Shown here in pieces: positions 24,532-39,178 of a stretch of DNA of 64,000 nt. The stretch lies in the NCBI GenBank assembly GCA_002269645.1, contig NIVC01000142.1, forward strand, positions 186,001 to 250,000, read 5' to 3'. Under the pieces are notes generated by a model. The model ran no database searches. It was not told the DNA's origin and saw only the letters and a program-made list of their open reading frames with translations. Both the position numbers and the translations under genes were made by a program. Source of the DNA: Macrostomum lignano (lineage: Eukaryota). Position 1 is the first letter of the stretch. The number at the start of each line of letters is the position of its first letter.

Positions 24532-26879
24532 TCCATCTTTTATCACCACTCGACTATCAGACTAAAACATTATACAACTGTGACCGCATGCACCAGACCA
24601 GTTGGAGATTGAACAAAACTGATATATAGATCGGGGAGCAGGCAGAAGCGTTCTGAAAGTTAGAAGGCGCCTTGACGGCTACTTCCGGAACGCTCTCTCT
24701 CCCTCTCTCCCCGTCCCCTGCGTGGCTCCGAGAAGTGAGATCGGAATTAGGTTGGCGAGGCAATGAGCGGGTTTGGCCTGAAATCTCAAAGCCTCTCTGA
24801 GCAGCAGCCGACAGTTTGAGCTTAGTGAATCCCTTTGCATTGTTGTGCATTGCTCTGCTCACTGCAGTGTGCAGTTCAGCTTCAGTAAGTCACAGAGCTG
24901 CAGATCGGACATACAATTGTTAAGCTAAAGCTAGTTGAGTGCTGTGGGACCAGGAGAGGCAGGAGAGGGGGGAGAGGGGAGAGGGGAGAGGAGAGGGGAG
25001 AGGATAAGGGAGAGGGGAAGCGGTACTGCAGGGGGTGACTGCAAAAAGACGCGCATTGGCTGGGCCGGCTTTGTTATGCTTTGTTGGGGTTCTTTTTTTG
25101 CTAATGGAATCCCAGCTCCGGCCTGCCTTTTCCAATCCTTCTCTTCGCGTTCCCCAACCCGCGTAATTTCCCCTCTAAACCTACAGCCGATCCAGCTCTC
25201 TGGGGGGATCAGACAATGGGGAGAGAGCGGCAAGCAGGAGGTTGGCTTTGCAGGTGACTGGAGTGACTCAGAGAGGCGGCTCACAAGTGACTGTGCGTGT
25301 GTCGGTACCGCTTATTATAAAAACACCGACGAGAGTGGGAGGGAGCTGGTATTAGGGCCCCCTCTCTTCTCTTCCTCTTCAGCACTACTAGCTCAACTGT
25401 ATAACATTTCTGCAAGTGCTGCGGCTCCCGCTACTCCAGCCTCCTGAAACTGTGTGTTTTTCTTCTTCTGTTTCTGCCCTTTTTTGTGCGCGCTCGCAAG
25501 TGCTGCATAATTTTTGAGAAGCTACTCAAGGCCAGGTACGAACACTTCGGTAGACTGAGGCATCCGATTTGAGACAGTTGTAGACAAGACAAGGTGGATG
25601 AGCAGGGCAGGCGCCGAATAGTTATCATGGCTTCTCAGCGTCATAACTGTTTAGCAAATCTCAACTATCTCTCTCCATTAGTAGCCGGTGGCAGGGAAAA
25701 TGTTAGCTTAGGAGAGAGAGCAGAGAGCAGTATAAAAAATTGGGCACTTTGGTAAATGAATTTTTTATTCGGATAGCAGGCACAATAAGTGGGGCAGTTG
25801 AGAATGGAACAGCTAGAGAGAGATAGGATAGTGTAGACAAGGGGTTGCCTTCGCATTGTTGCACATTCTTCTCAACTTCAGTCAGTCGGTCTTGCTCAAA
25901 CTCACTGAGTCGTATTTATTTATCTCGGTCTGAGTCTATTTAACCCCATATTAGATCTGTTTATTCGTTAGCTAGCTGCCCACGCCTAAGTCACTGAGGT
26001 GACAGGCACTGACCGACAAACTAGAATGACAGTCTTCTAAGTCTTTTTAGAAGCTACTCAAAAACTTCTAGTCTTCTTCTAGAATGACAGCAGCAACAAA
26101 GACCTATGACTAGCTGCATATGGTAAGTGGCTGCATAGCACTGCTCGCACACTGTAATAAAGGCTAAAGTTAAAATAACTGAGACTTTCCCAGAGCATTC
26201 ACAGAGCAATGATTGTCCAAACGCAATTCTTGCACAAATCATCGACGCAAAATCGACAAGAACTGTGTTCGGACATCAGTGCCTGGCTCAGTGATCTTCG
26301 GTGTTGCACACCTGCATGCCATGTGCTAGTTGCTGCATGTGCTAGTGCACTATTTCCATAGGTTGAATTGAAGGCATTCATGCATGAGATGGTATGTCAT
26401 CGTCTCCACTATGTGCTATGTATCAATTTTATAATTTTTTGAGGGAGGCAATTTATAGAAGTGAAATTAAATATACAGTTACATTATCGGTGCATTTTTT
26501 TGAAAGCCTTTTAATTTAATTTTCTTTTTTTGAAACAGTGTACCGGGGTCTTTAAAGATAGTGCTAGCAGGATCTCTGGAAGGGTTCAGGGTCTCTAGAG
26601 GCAAGGACTACTTAAGTAGAAGGACGCAAGACTCAGAATTGGTGAAAATTTCATTGGAGGCCGATTTTTCAATGTATCTCCTGTGTACGCTATTGATCGT
26701 AAGATGCTTATTTTTGCGCAGAATAGGCAGTATATTCCCTTTCATTGAAGACATCAATAAGTTTAACACGACGACTTTAACACCTAAAAATACTTGTCAA
26801 CAGTACAGTATCCTTTACGACATACAGTATATACGTTATATATATACGTTAGATATATACGTTACTTTAGTCGTCCTTG

Positions 26880-27555
26880 TTTAGAGGGTATGCCAGGGTC
26901 TCTAGAGGGTGTGCCAGGGTCTCTAGAGGGTGTGCCAGTGTCTCTAGAGGGTGTGTCAGGGTCTCTAGAGGGTGTGTCAGGGTCTCTAGAGGGTGTGCCA
27001 GGGTCTCTAGAGGGTGTGCCAGGGTCTCTAAAGGGTGTGCCAGTGTCTAGAGGGTGTGCCAGGGTCTCTAGAGGGTGTGCCAGGGTCTCTAAAGGGTGTG
27101 CCAGGGTCTCTAGAGGGTGTGCCAGGGTCTCTAGAGGTGTTCTGGGATTTCTAGAGGGTTTCAAGGGTCTCTAGAGGGTGTGCCAGGGTCTTTAGAGGGG
27201 TTCTGGGATCTCTAGAGGGGTTTCTGGGGTCTCTAGAGGGTTGCAAGCGTCTCTAGAGCGGTTCTGGGATCCCTAGAGGGGTTCTGGAATCCCTAGAGGG
27301 GTTTTCTGGGATCTCTAGAGGGGTTTCTGGCGTCTCTAGAGCGGTTCTGGGATCCCTAGAGGGGTTCTGGGGTCTCTAGAGCGGTTCTGGGATCCCTAGA
27401 GCGGTTCTGGGATCCCTATAGGGGTTCTGGGATCTCTAGAGGGGTTCTGGGGTCTCTAGAGGGGTTCTGGGGTTTCTAGAGAGGTTTCTGGGGTGTGCAA
27501 GGGTCTTTAGAGGGTGTTCTGGGTTCCCTAGAGGGGTTCTGGGCCACTAGAGGGA
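26880..27555. repeat. 21-bp minisatellite (CCAGGGTCTCTAGAGGGTGTG)n grading into GGTTCTGGGATCTCTAGAGG
   Basis: Tandem units. Confidence 0.93.
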
Positions 27556-29736
27556 ATCTTCTGGGGTCTTTATAATAGAAGGGTGGCATGCATGCATGTT
27601 CTCTACTCTCTATACATTTAGAAGGGGGGCCGCAAGGATAATCTGGGTCTCTGAGAGGTTCAAATGCAGGTGGCCTCTACATGAGCGCCAAAGCATTAAT
27701 GTGCACATCCATTATGAGCTACATTATACATTATACATTATACATATACATGTACATGTATTTTGGATAATTTTGGTTTAATCTATAGCCTATCAGGTAT
27801 AACTGCAAAGAATTTTACAGTCACCTGTAAATTAAACAGACGCTGAGAATTTTTGGCTTCAGACTCGGAGCATGCACAGAGTACAACACGTACGTTGCAT
27901 ACGGTTTTACATGTATCTCATCCTGTTACATGCATTTCTATCAAAATTAATATACTGTTACTGTCCTAATACAACTAGAAGTATTAGACACTCTCGTTTT
28001 AGTTAGGGATATTTTACGTAAATCGTACACGCATATACATGTAAGTACATGCAAATTTGGCTGATATAGTAACATGTACATTTACGTACATCACGCATAC
28101 ATGTTCGACGATGCAGCGAAATGCAGAATGCAGCCAAAGATATGTAACTATTATTGCTTTATTTTTTTTTACTTTTAAAAGATTTACATGTATGCATACA
28201 ATGTTCTATGAGTATATTATCATCATAATTTTTTCGATTTTAAAAAGCACGTTTTGATTCTGATAAAAGGCGAGTATCCTAGCCGTGATAAAAAATAAAA
28301 AGTCGAATGATATATAAACACAGTACACTGATGGCACAGCTTTACAACATGTTTCTTAATGGTCGTAAATTACCTGTACACATGATGTTGTACATGTAGC
28401 TTTACAAACAGCGTTTTAAGGACGGGTTTACATGTACATGTAAATGTAAAATCATGTGAGCTCACGTATCTGTAAAAAATGAAAGTATACGTGTACGATA
28501 ATACCTGCGTATGATCTCTAGCGGTACCAAACTAAATACTTACAAAGTACAAAGTACCTACACAAAATACTGTTCTTGCAAAGTGCTTCATGTGATATTC
28601 TGCACGTATTGTGATTTTTAATACATGCACTTCAAAACGAAACCGATAAAGCCTGTGTTGCATCAGATGTTTATATTTTAAACAATTCATCTTTATTATT
28701 GAGGCAAAATTCCAGTTAGACTCTCTGATCATTTTTGCCTGATTTAGTACCTGCATTAACGTCATAACATTTAAACAGAGCCGAAATTTTTGTTTCAGTA
28801 AAACAAAGTAGAGAAGCATTATAACTTATCTTACTGGTAGGTGTATAAATAAATCATTTTTAATTATTAATTCATTTATGATACATTTAAGACTAATTAA
28901 AATAGGGTTTTTGCACCATGCTTAAATTTACATGTGTTTACTTTGATGCAGATTTAATGGCGACTAAATTAAATTCCTCAAATTCTCAATTCTCAAACAA
29001 ACATTATCTACTCTAAAGACTCTACATTTTTGTTATGTCATCGTTTCATTGTTGATGGTTTTGAGATATAACTGCATTACACTGGTTAGTATTGAATTGA
29101 CGCAGGGACTGTAGTAATATAGTAAGCATTGTAGCCCATGTACATAGCTCAATTATTGAGTCAATAGAGAAGAGCTTGTAGCTAGTAAATATGTTTTACT
29201 CTTTATCTTCATTAAAATGTCGTAACCTATTTTTAAAGAAAATATCAAACTATTTTTATAATTATATTTTTCAATAACAATAAATGTATGCAATAGGGAA
29301 GTACAAATTCAACTCATGAATTTTCTTATGAAATAGAAATTTCGTGGCTTAAATGTATGCTACATTTTAATCCATATTCTAGCTAAAGATTGAAATAACA
29401 AAGTATTAAAAATAACAAAGGATTAAAATAACAAGGATTAACAAAGTAAGTCTGTAATGCTAAATGATATATTACTTCTTGTACTTTTCTTATTTTAGGA
29501 ATATACTAGTAGAAAAGGCTAAATTATGTTATTAACTTGTGTAAGCTTGTTTTGTTCAATCAAGTATATTTTAATATATCTTCATTAATTGTTGCTTTAA
29601 TATTTTAGTTCATTTTAAAGCTAAGTTACCTAAATTCCAAAATGTCCATTAAAATTATTAGAATTATTTCAAAATGCTTTTATATCAGGTTTTATAGAAA
29701 TTTACAATTGCAGCAATAGCCACCCAAAGCCCCTCC

Positions 29737-30241
29737 ATGAGCCCAGTTGAGGCTGACGAGGAAGAAGTGCAGGACATCCTGGAGTCCTGGCTGACGCTCC
29801 AGTCCACCAAGGAGGAGGTGGAGAGCTTGCAGCGTCTGGCCGACTGCCTGTGCCACCCCAGCCAGCAAAAATCGGCCGCAGCCGCTCGGACAGTTGAAAA
29901 TGGCTCGGACAGCGGCGATTCGGACGATCCGGCCGAGGCCGCCTTCCTGCGCGCTTCGTCAATGACTTCGACGACAACCAGCTGGACGTTGGACGACGTG
30001 CGCCGATTGGCCAGACGAGCTCGGCTGAGCTGCCGGCTGGCCGAAGACCTGGACTGGCTGGCGTTCTACCTGTTTGACAGGCGATTTGGCTGGCCGGACC
30101 TGCGCGAGGAGGACGGCGGCCTGCTGCTGGTGACCCGGCCGGAGGCTCAGGGCCGGACAAGGCGGAGCGGCAAGCAGGAGGAGCTGCGGCACAAGCAGGC
30201 GCTGATCCGCTGTCTGGACAGCCTAATCGAGTGGCTGACAG
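29737..30241 (+). CDS. Uncharacterised helical-repeat (HEAT/ARM-like) protein, exon 1 of 16 (~1276 aa spliced)
   Basis: GC-rich ORF MSPVEADEEEVQDILESWL..., donor ACAG|GTTCTG phase 1. All 16 exons join with GT-AG sites and consistent phase. An acceptor at 29713 suggests a further upstream exon or trans-splicing. Confidence 0.8.
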
Positions 30242-30295
30242 GTTCTGTTTTGCTGCAGTGGGCTGTTTTTAGACTGACAGAAACTCTGAGATGAT

Positions 30296-30848
30296 CTGTC
30301 TGTATGGCCTCATTGTAACACAATCCACATTGGTCTATGGCCTCTCTATAAAAATAAACACATTAGTCTATGGCCTCACTGTAACACAACCCACATTGGT
30401 CGATGGCCTCACTGTAACACAACCCACATTAGTCTATGGCCTCACTGTAACACAACCCACATTGGTCGATGGCCTCACTGTAACACAATCCACATTAGTC
30501 TATGGCCTCACTGTAGCACAGTCCACATTAGTCTATGGCCTCACTGTAGCACAGCCCACATTAGTCTATGGCCTCACTGTAGCACAGTCCACATTAGACT
30601 ATGGCCTCACTGTAACACTAAAACCACATTAGTCTATGGCCTCACTGTAGCACAGCCCACATTAGTCTATGGCCTCACTGTAGCACAGCCCACATTAGTC
30701 TATGGCCTCACTGTAACACTAAAACCACATTAGTCTATGGCCTCACTGTAGCACAGCCCACATTAGTCTATGGCCTCACTGTAACACTAAAACCACATTA
30801 GTCTATGGCCTCACTGTAACATTAAAACCACACTAGTCTATGGCCTCT
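30296..30848. repeat. 33-bp minisatellite (CACATTAGTCTATGGCCTCACTGTAGCACAGCC)n
   Basis: Tandem units in intron 1. Confidence 0.95.
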
Positions 30849-30981
30849 CTGCAACGTACTACATGTCAGCCTTATTTTTAACCTTTCCATGCTTTCATTG
30901 TCACTCAAATCAATTATCTTAGAACTCCATACACACTGTAAGATGGGTCCTATATGCTTTGTATTTCTCAACTCCCTGCAG

Positions 30982-31320
30982 GCCAGCAGGTGTCGGCAAT
31001 GTCGGTCAAGATGATGGCCTCAGCAGCTCGGATCGCCTCGGACACGCCGGTGACTCGCTACCAGCTCACTCTGCACAGTTTTGATTGGCTGAGAGAGCGG
31101 CTGCACAGGCCAGATGAGGCCACCTTTGCCGCGGTGTGCGAGCTGGCTAGCCAGGCCGTCAGCGACGTCTGGTCGCAGATTCGCGGCTCGGCAGTCAGCC
31201 GGCTTGGCCCCATAGTTGACCGGCTGAGCCTTGTGCAAATTCAGCAGCTGTTTGACGAACTGGCCAGACTCTGCCACCCCATGGGGAACTCCTGGCAGGC
31301 TACGGAGGGTGGCATCAGCG
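30982..31320 (+). CDS. Uncharacterised protein exon 2
   Basis: CCCTGCAG| ... AGCG|GTGAGG, phase 1/1, QQVSAMSVKMMASAARI... Confidence 0.85.
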
Positions 31321-31335
31321 GTGAGGGTGCTGGGG

Positions 31336-31686
31336 AGTGAGGCTGAGTAGGGTGAGGCTGAGTAGGGTGAGGCTAAGTAGGTTGAGGCTGAGTAGGGTGA
31401 GGCTGAGTAGGGTGAGGCTGAGTAGGTTGAGGCTGAGTAGGGTGAGGCTGAGTAGGTTGAGGCTGAGTAGGGTGAGGCTGGGTAGGTTGAGGCTGAGTAG
31501 GGTGAGGCTGAGTAGGGTGAGGCTGGGTAGGTTGAGGCTGAGTAGGGTGAGGCTGAGTAGGTTGAGACTGAGTAGGGTGAGGCTGGGTAGGTTGAGGCTG
31601 AGTAGGTTGAGACTGAGTAGGGTGAGGCTGAGAGAGTAGGGTGAGACTGAGAGAGTAGGGTGAGACTGAGAGAGCTGGATGAGACT
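31336..31686. repeat. 15-bp minisatellite (TGAGGCTGAGTAGGG)n
   Basis: Tandem units just after the donor. Confidence 0.95.
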
Positions 31687-31762
31687 GACAACAGATGGCA
31701 GTAGAAAGAGACACAGGGACCAACAGAGTTCTCTTCTCACAAGGAGCTCAATCCTCACCCAG

Positions 31763-31878
31763 GCCTGAACGCCATCATCAAGAGATTCCAACGGGTCGGC
31801 TGTTCGCCTGGCGACCTGTCCTTGAGCAGCAGCAGCAGCACCAGCGGCTTGTCGCCGAGGATGAACTCGCAAATTAAG
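31763..31878 (+). CDS. Uncharacterised protein exon 3
   Basis: CACCCAG| GLNAIIKRFQRVG...SQIK |GTGAGT, phase 1/0. Confidence 0.8.
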
Positions 31879-32029
31879 GTGAGTGCATTTAGCACTTTTA
31901 TTATGGCTTCTATTCTAGTTTTGATTAAAGCCACCCTTACATTGTTCGGTATTGCCATTACCACAAGTTTTTGACAATGTCAGACATCTTTAGTATTTGC
32001 AAATATGATTAGACAGTGAGCAGACATTA

Positions 32030-32580
32030 TCAGACATTTCTAGACATTATCAGATATTTCTAGACATTGTCAGACATTTTCAGACATTTCTAGACATTGT
32101 CAAACATTTCTAGACATTGTCAGACATTTCTAGACATTGTAAGACATTTCTAGACATTGTCAGACATTTCTAGACATTGTCAGACATTTTCAGACATTTC
32201 TAGACATTGTCAAACATTTCTAGACATTGTCAGACATTTCTAGACATTGTCAGACATTTCTAAACATTGTCAGACATTTATAAACATTGTCAAACATTTA
32301 TAAACATTGTCAAACATTTCTAGACATTGTGAGACATTTATAAACATTGTCAGATATTTCTAGACATTGTCAGACATTTCTAGACATTGGCAGACATTTC
32401 TAGACATTGTCAAACATTTCTAGACATTGTGAGACATTTATAAACATTGTCAAACATTTCTAGACATTGTGAGACATTTATAAACATTGTCAAACATTTC
32501 TAGACATTGTCAGACATTTCTAGACATTGTCAGACATTTCTAGACATTGGCAGACATTTCTAGACAGTGACAGACATTTC
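32030..32580. repeat. 20-bp minisatellite (TAGACATTGTCAGACATTTC)n
   Basis: Tandem units. Confidence 0.95.
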
Positions 32581-32991
32581 TTAGTCATTTTTGTCAACAA
32601 GAGCTTTTTCCTGTGTAAAATGACAAAAAAGAGCAGTTTTCATTTCTTTAACCAAAAATCCTAATTATGTTTCTCTCTCTATCTGCTTCCGCTTCGTGGC
32701 GGCAATAATTATCAAAGAAGTCTAATTGCTGGCGGAAACTGGCTTGCTCACGGAGCCAGAAAGTCCATGCGAATGTGTTGATTTTATGTCAAAATAGACA
32801 GGGAGAGAGAGGGCGGGGGAGAATTTCTATGAGAGTAGGAAATTTCTGCTTTTTCGAGGCTCGAGCTTCAAGTAATACAAATGATTCAACATTGCCTCGG
32901 CACATGGGGTCACTGTTGTCAGGAGTAGAAAAGTTTTGATAATTTTCTGAGTGATTTTCTTTGATAGAAGAAAGTTCAGTTCTATACTGAT

Positions 32992-33862
32992 TTTGAGCAG
33001 TTGATAGTTGATGCTGAGCAGTTGATAGATGAAGCTGAGCAGTTGATAGATGCTGAGCAGTTGATAGATGATGCTGAGCAGTTGATAGATGATGCTGAGC
33101 AGTTTATAGATGCGGAGCAGTTGATAGATGATGCTGAGCAGTTTATAGATGCAGAGCAGTTGATAGATGATGCTGAGCAGTTTATAGATGCGGAGCAGTT
33201 GATAGATGATGCTGAGCAGTTTATAGATGCGGAGCAGTTGATAGATGATGCTGAGCAGTTGATAGTTGATGCTGAGCAGTTGATAGATGATGCTGAGCAG
33301 TTGATAGATGATGCTGAGCAGTTGATAGATGATGCTGAGCAGCTGATAGTTGATGCTGAGCAGTTGATAGATGATGCTGAGCAGTTTATAGATGCGGAGC
33401 AGTTGATAGATGATGCTGAGCAGTTGATAGATGATGCTGAGCAGTTGATAGATGATGCTGAGCAGTTGATAGATGATGCTGAGCAGTTGATAGATGATGC
33501 TGAGCAGTTTATAGATGCGGAGCAGTTGATAGATGATGCTGAGCAGTTGATAGTTGATGCTGAGCAGTTGATAGATGATGCTGAGCAGTTGATAGATGAT
33601 GCTGAGCAGTTGATAGATGATGCTGAGCAGCTGATAGTTGATGCTGAGCAGTTGATAGATGATGCTGAGCAGTTTATAGATGCGGAGCAGTTGATAGATG
33701 ATGCTGAGCAGTTGATAGATGATGCTGAGCAGTTGATAGATGATGCTGAGCAGTTGATAGATGCTGAGCAGTTGATAGATGATGCTGAGCAGTTGATAGA
33801 TGATGCTGAGCAGTTGAAAGATGCTGAGCAGCTGATAGATGCTGAGCAGCTGATAGATGCTG
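32992..33862. repeat. 21/18-bp minisatellite (GATGCTGAGCAGTTGATAGAT)n
   Basis: Tandem units; source of the IDDAEQL and SIIYQLL ORFs. Confidence 0.97.
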
Positions 33863-33890
33863 AGTCCACCATCAACCCACCATAAATCAG

Positions 33891-34040
33891 ATCGGGCCGC
33901 ACGTGCTGGACAAGCTGCCAATGTACGTGTATCACAAGACCAAAATGCTGGCATTTGAGTTGGTCACGGATGAGCAGCTCACAACTCGGGAGACGGCAGT
34001 GAAAGCCTTCGTCAATTGTCTGGCTTGCTGCAGCGACCAG
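33891..34040 (+). CDS. Uncharacterised protein exon 4
   Basis: AATCAG| IGPHVLDKLP...LTTRETAVKAFVNCL..SDQ |GTGAGG, phase 0/0. Confidence 0.85.
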
Positions 34041-34107
34041 GTGAGGCTGAGCTCTGATTGACTGTTGAGGCAATTAGATTGCTTTAAATTGTATTTCAGC
34101 ATTCTTA

Positions 34108-34925
34108 CTACTATCAGGGTTAATCCCATTGCCATCAGGGTTAATCCCATTGCTATCAGGGTTAATCCCATTGCTATCATGGTTAATCCCATTGCTATTA
34201 GGGTTAATCCCATTGCTATCAGGGTTGATCCCATTGCTATCATGGTTAATCCCATTGCTATCATGGTTGATCCCATTGCTATCATGGTTGATCCCATTGC
34301 TATCATGGTTAATCCCATTGCTATTAGGGTTAATCCCATTGCTATTAGGGTTAATCCCATTGCTATTAGGGTTAATCCCATTGCTATCAGGGTTAATCCC
34401 ATTGCTATCAGGGTTAATCCCATTGCTATCAGGGTTAATCCCATTGCTATCAGGGTTAATCCCATTGCTATCAGGGTTAATCCCATTGCTATCAGGGTTA
34501 ATCCCATTGCTATTAGGGTTAATCCCATTGCTATCAGGGTTAATCCCATTGCTATTAGGGTTAATCCCATTGCTATCAGGGTTAATCCCATTGCTATCAG
34601 GGTTAATCCCATTGCTATTAGGGTTAATCCCATTGCTATTAGGGTTAATCCCATTGCTATTAGGGTTAGTCCCATTGCTATCAGGGTTAATCCCATTACT
34701 ATCATGGTTAATCCCATTGCTATCAGGGTTAATCCCATTGCTATCAGGGTTAATCCCATTGCTATCAGGGTTAATCCCATTGCTATCAGGGTTAATCCCA
34801 TTGCTATCAGGGTTAATCCCATTACTATCATGGTTAATCCCATTGCTATCAGGGTTAATCCCATTGCTATCAGGGTTAATCCCAGTGCCGTTAGGGTTAA
34901 TTCCATTTATCAGGCAGGGTTAATA
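34108..34925. repeat. 21-bp minisatellite (AGGGTTAATCCCATTGCTATC)n
   Basis: Tandem units. Confidence 0.97.
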
Positions 34926-35047
34926 CCATCGCCATCATGACTAATCCAACATTACCTCAATACTCGAACTCTCTCATTATTGCAAGAATCGTTTAAAAGC
35001 ATTACCAAAGCAATCAATATTATCCCAATCTCCCCTATTCGGCGCAG

Positions 35048-35116
35048 GAATCCGAGTTGGCCTTCCACGAAGTTTATCAGAGACTGTCCAGCTGTCTGGG
35101 CAGCGAGGACTTGCTG
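35048..35116 (+). CDS. Uncharacterised protein exon 5
   Basis: GCGCAG| ESELAFHEVYQRLSSCLGSEDLL |GTAAGT. Confidence 0.85.
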
Positions 35117-35195
35117 GTAAGTGACGTCGGACTGCTTGAGTGATTCGTTTTGGACTCTAAATTGAACTATTGAGCTCTGGCGTCCTGACCTGTAG

Positions 35196-35282
35196 GAGTG
35201 CCCCGTTCAGTCTGAGTCGTTCTCATTCATGGAGCCGTACTGCGCTGAGAGTCTGCTCAACCTGTGCCTGCAACTGTTCAAG
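35196..35282 (+). CDS. Uncharacterised protein exon 6
   Basis: CTGTAG| ECPVQSESFSFMEPYCAESLLNLCLQLFK |GTTTGC. Confidence 0.8.
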
Positions 35283-35326
35283 GTTTGCTAAGTCTGTATT
35301 GTTGTACTTGCATGTATTCTAAGACG

Positions 35327-36750
35327 AATCGGGATCTGCGATCGGGATCTAAGATCGAGAATCTTAAAATCGGGATCTGGGATCAGGGATCTGGGAATCG
35401 GGATCTAGGAATCGGGATCTGGGAATCGGGATCTGGGATCGAGGATCTAGGAATCTGGATCTAATATCCAGGATCTGGAAATCGGATCTGGGAATCGGGA
35501 TCTGGGAATCGGGATCTGGGAATCGGGATCTGGGAATCGGGATCTGGGAATCGGGATCTGGGAATCGGGATCTGGGAATCGGGATCTGGGAATCGGGATC
35601 TGGAAATCGAAATCTGGGAATCGGGATCTAGGAATCGGGATCTGGGATCGAGGATCTAGGAATCTGGATCTAATATCCAGGATCTGGGAATATCGGGATC
35701 TGGGAATCGGGATCTGGGAATCGGGATCTGGGAATCGGGATCTGGGAATCGGGATCTGGGAATCGGGATCTGGGAATCGGGATCTGGGAATCGGGATCTG
35801 GGAATCGGGATCTGGGAATCGGGATCTGGGAATCGGGATCTGAGAATCGGGATCTGGGAATCGGGATCTGGGAATCGGGATCTGGGAATCGGGATCTGGG
35901 AATCGGGATCTGGGAATCGGGATCTGGGAATCGGGATCTGGGAATCGGGATCTGGGAATCGGGATCTGGGAATCGGGATCTGGGAATCGGGATCTGGGAA
36001 TCGGGATCTGGGAATCGGGATCTGGGAATCGGGATCTGGGAATCGGGATCTGGGAATCGGGATCTGGGAATCGGGATCTGGGAATCGGGATCTGGGAATC
36101 GGGATCTGGGAATCGGGATCTGGGAATCGGGATCTGGGAATCGGGATCTGGGAATCGGGATCTGGGAATCGGGATCTGGGAATCGGGATCTGGGAATCGG
36201 GATCTGGGAATCGGGATCTGGGAATCGGGATCTGGGAATCGGGATCTGGGAATCGGGATCTGGGAATCGGGATCTGGGAATCGGGATCTGGGAATCGGGA
36301 TCTGGGAATCGGGATCTGGGAATCGGGATCTGGGAATCGGGATCTGGGAATCGGGATCTGGGAATCGGGATCTGGGAATCGGGATCTGGGAATCGGGATC
36401 TGGGAATCGGGATCTGGGAATCGGGATCTGGGAATCGGGATCTGGGAATCGGGATCTGGGAATCGGGATCTGGGAATCGGGATCTGGGAATCGGGATCTG
36501 GGAATCGGGATCTGGGAATCGGGATCTGGGAATCGGGATCTGGGAATCGGGATCTGGGAATCGGGATCTGGGAATCGGGATCTGGGAATCGGGATCTGGG
36601 AATCGGGATCTGGGAATCGGGATCTGGGAATCGGGATCTGGGAATCGGGATCTGGGAATCGGGATCTGGGAATCGGGATCTGGGAATCGGGATCTGGGAA
36701 TCGGGATCTGGGAATCGGGATCTAATATCCAGGATCTGGGAATATCGGGG
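35327..36750 (+). repeat. 14-bp minisatellite (GGGAATCGGGATCT)n
   Basis: About 1 kb of essentially perfect units (~35700-36724). Confidence 0.98.
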
Positions 36751-36798
36751 TCTGGTGTCTGTTAAAAAAACTCGGTTCTACACTGAAACAACTTTCAG

Positions 36799-37026
36799 CG
36801 CATCCGAGACCACCAGTCCTATCTGCAGAATTGGGACATCTACCACCGGGTTTTCGACGTGTACCTGATGCACCCGGCCTCCAGCGTGCGGCAGGCCGCC
36901 AGCAATCTCTACAAATACGTGGTCGCTCGCAGCGTCTCCAGCCCGCTGCTAGTGAAGAACATCCTGTACTGCCTGATGCGCAAGTGGACACCCGATCAGG
37001 CCACCCTGCTGCGTCCCATTGACCAG
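36799..37026 (+). CDS. Uncharacterised protein exon 7
   Basis: CTTTCAG| [42 protein letters not shown]...PIDQ |GTTAGT, phase 0/0. Confidence 0.88.
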
Positions 37027-37918
<892 letters not shown>

Positions 37919-37939
37919 TTCTGTTCCCAAATTGTCCAG

Positions 37940-38251
37940 GTGCTGCGCGAGAAGCTGTCCGCCCGCCAGGCCGTCCGGCCGTCCACCGGGGATGAGGAGC
38001 GCGAGTTCGAGCGGGAAAGTGACACCTGGGAGTGGCGCGAAGGCCGCCTGATGGTATGCGAGCTGGTCTGCAAGCTCCTGCTGAAGAATCACTCGCTGTG
38101 CGTCACCACAGGCGGCAGAGGCGGCGCCGGCGGAACGGGAGGGGGCGGCGTGGGCGGCAAGTCGCAGAGCTGCAACGCAGGCGGAGGTCACAGAAAACCG
38201 GGGAAGTCGCAGCATCCTCAGCAGCTGAACAACTCGAGGGGCCGCTGCTCA
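37940..38251 (+). CDS. Uncharacterised protein exon 8
   Basis: TGTCCAG| VLREKL...DTWEWREGRLMVCELVCKLLLKNH...RCS |GTAAGT, phase 0/0. Confidence 0.88.
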
Positions 38252-38315
38252 GTAAGTTTCTCAGGCTAAGGTCCACTCGAGTGGGTCCTATTTTATAATT
38301 CGAAAATCTCCATTC

Positions 38316-39078
38316 TCAGATCCCGATTTTCAGATACTGATTCCCCAATTCCTGTTCCCAGATCCCGATTCCCAGTTTCTGATTCCCAGATCCCGATTCC
38401 CAGATCCCGATTCCCAGATCCCGATTCCCAGGTCCCGATTCCCAGATCCCGATTCCCAGATCCTGATTCCCAGATCCCGATTCCCAGATCCCGATTCCCA
38501 GATCCCGATTCCCAGGTCCCGATTCCCAGATCCCGATTCCCAGATCCTGATTCCCAGATCCCGATTCCCAGATCCCGATTCCCAGATCCCGATTCCCAGA
38601 TCCCGATTCCCAGATCCCGATTCCCAGATCCCGATTCCCAGATCCCGATTTTCAGATCCCGATTCCCAGATCCCGATTCCCAGATCCCGATTTTCAGATC
38701 CCGATTCCCAGATCCCGATTCCCAGATCCCGATTTTCAGATCCCGATTCCCAGATCCCGATTCCCAGATCCCGATTCCCAGATCCCGATTCCCAGATCCC
38801 GATTCCCAGATCCCGATTCCCAGATTTCGATTTCCAGATCCCGATTCCTAAATCCCGATTTCCAGATTCCGATTCTCATATCCCTATTCTCAGATCATGA
38901 TTTCCAGATCCCGATTCTCAGATCCCGATTCCCAGATCCCGATTTCCAGATCCCAATTCCCAGATCCCGATTTCCAGATCCCAATTCCCAGATCCCAATT
39001 CCCAGATCCCGATTTCCAGATCCCAATTCCCAGATCCCAATTCCCAGATCCCGATTTCCAGATTCTGATTTCCGGATC
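38316..39078 (-). repeat. Inverted copy of the 14-bp minisatellite (AGATCCCGATTCCC)n
   Basis: Unit is the exact reverse complement of the 35327-36750 unit. Confidence 0.97.
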
Positions 39079-39178
39079 CAATGTCCCTGTTTTATTTCAC
39101 CTATCAAGACAAACATTCCAAATGATTGTTGTCAAAGTGACTGACTTGATACCCTTGCACTGCGCGCACTGATTACAG

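Noticed and set aside
32827-34940. 300-375 aa ORFs (IDDAEQL, SSINCSA, AMGLTLI, AIRVNPI)
   Set aside because: They are intronic minisatellites between phase-consistent exons of the + strand gene
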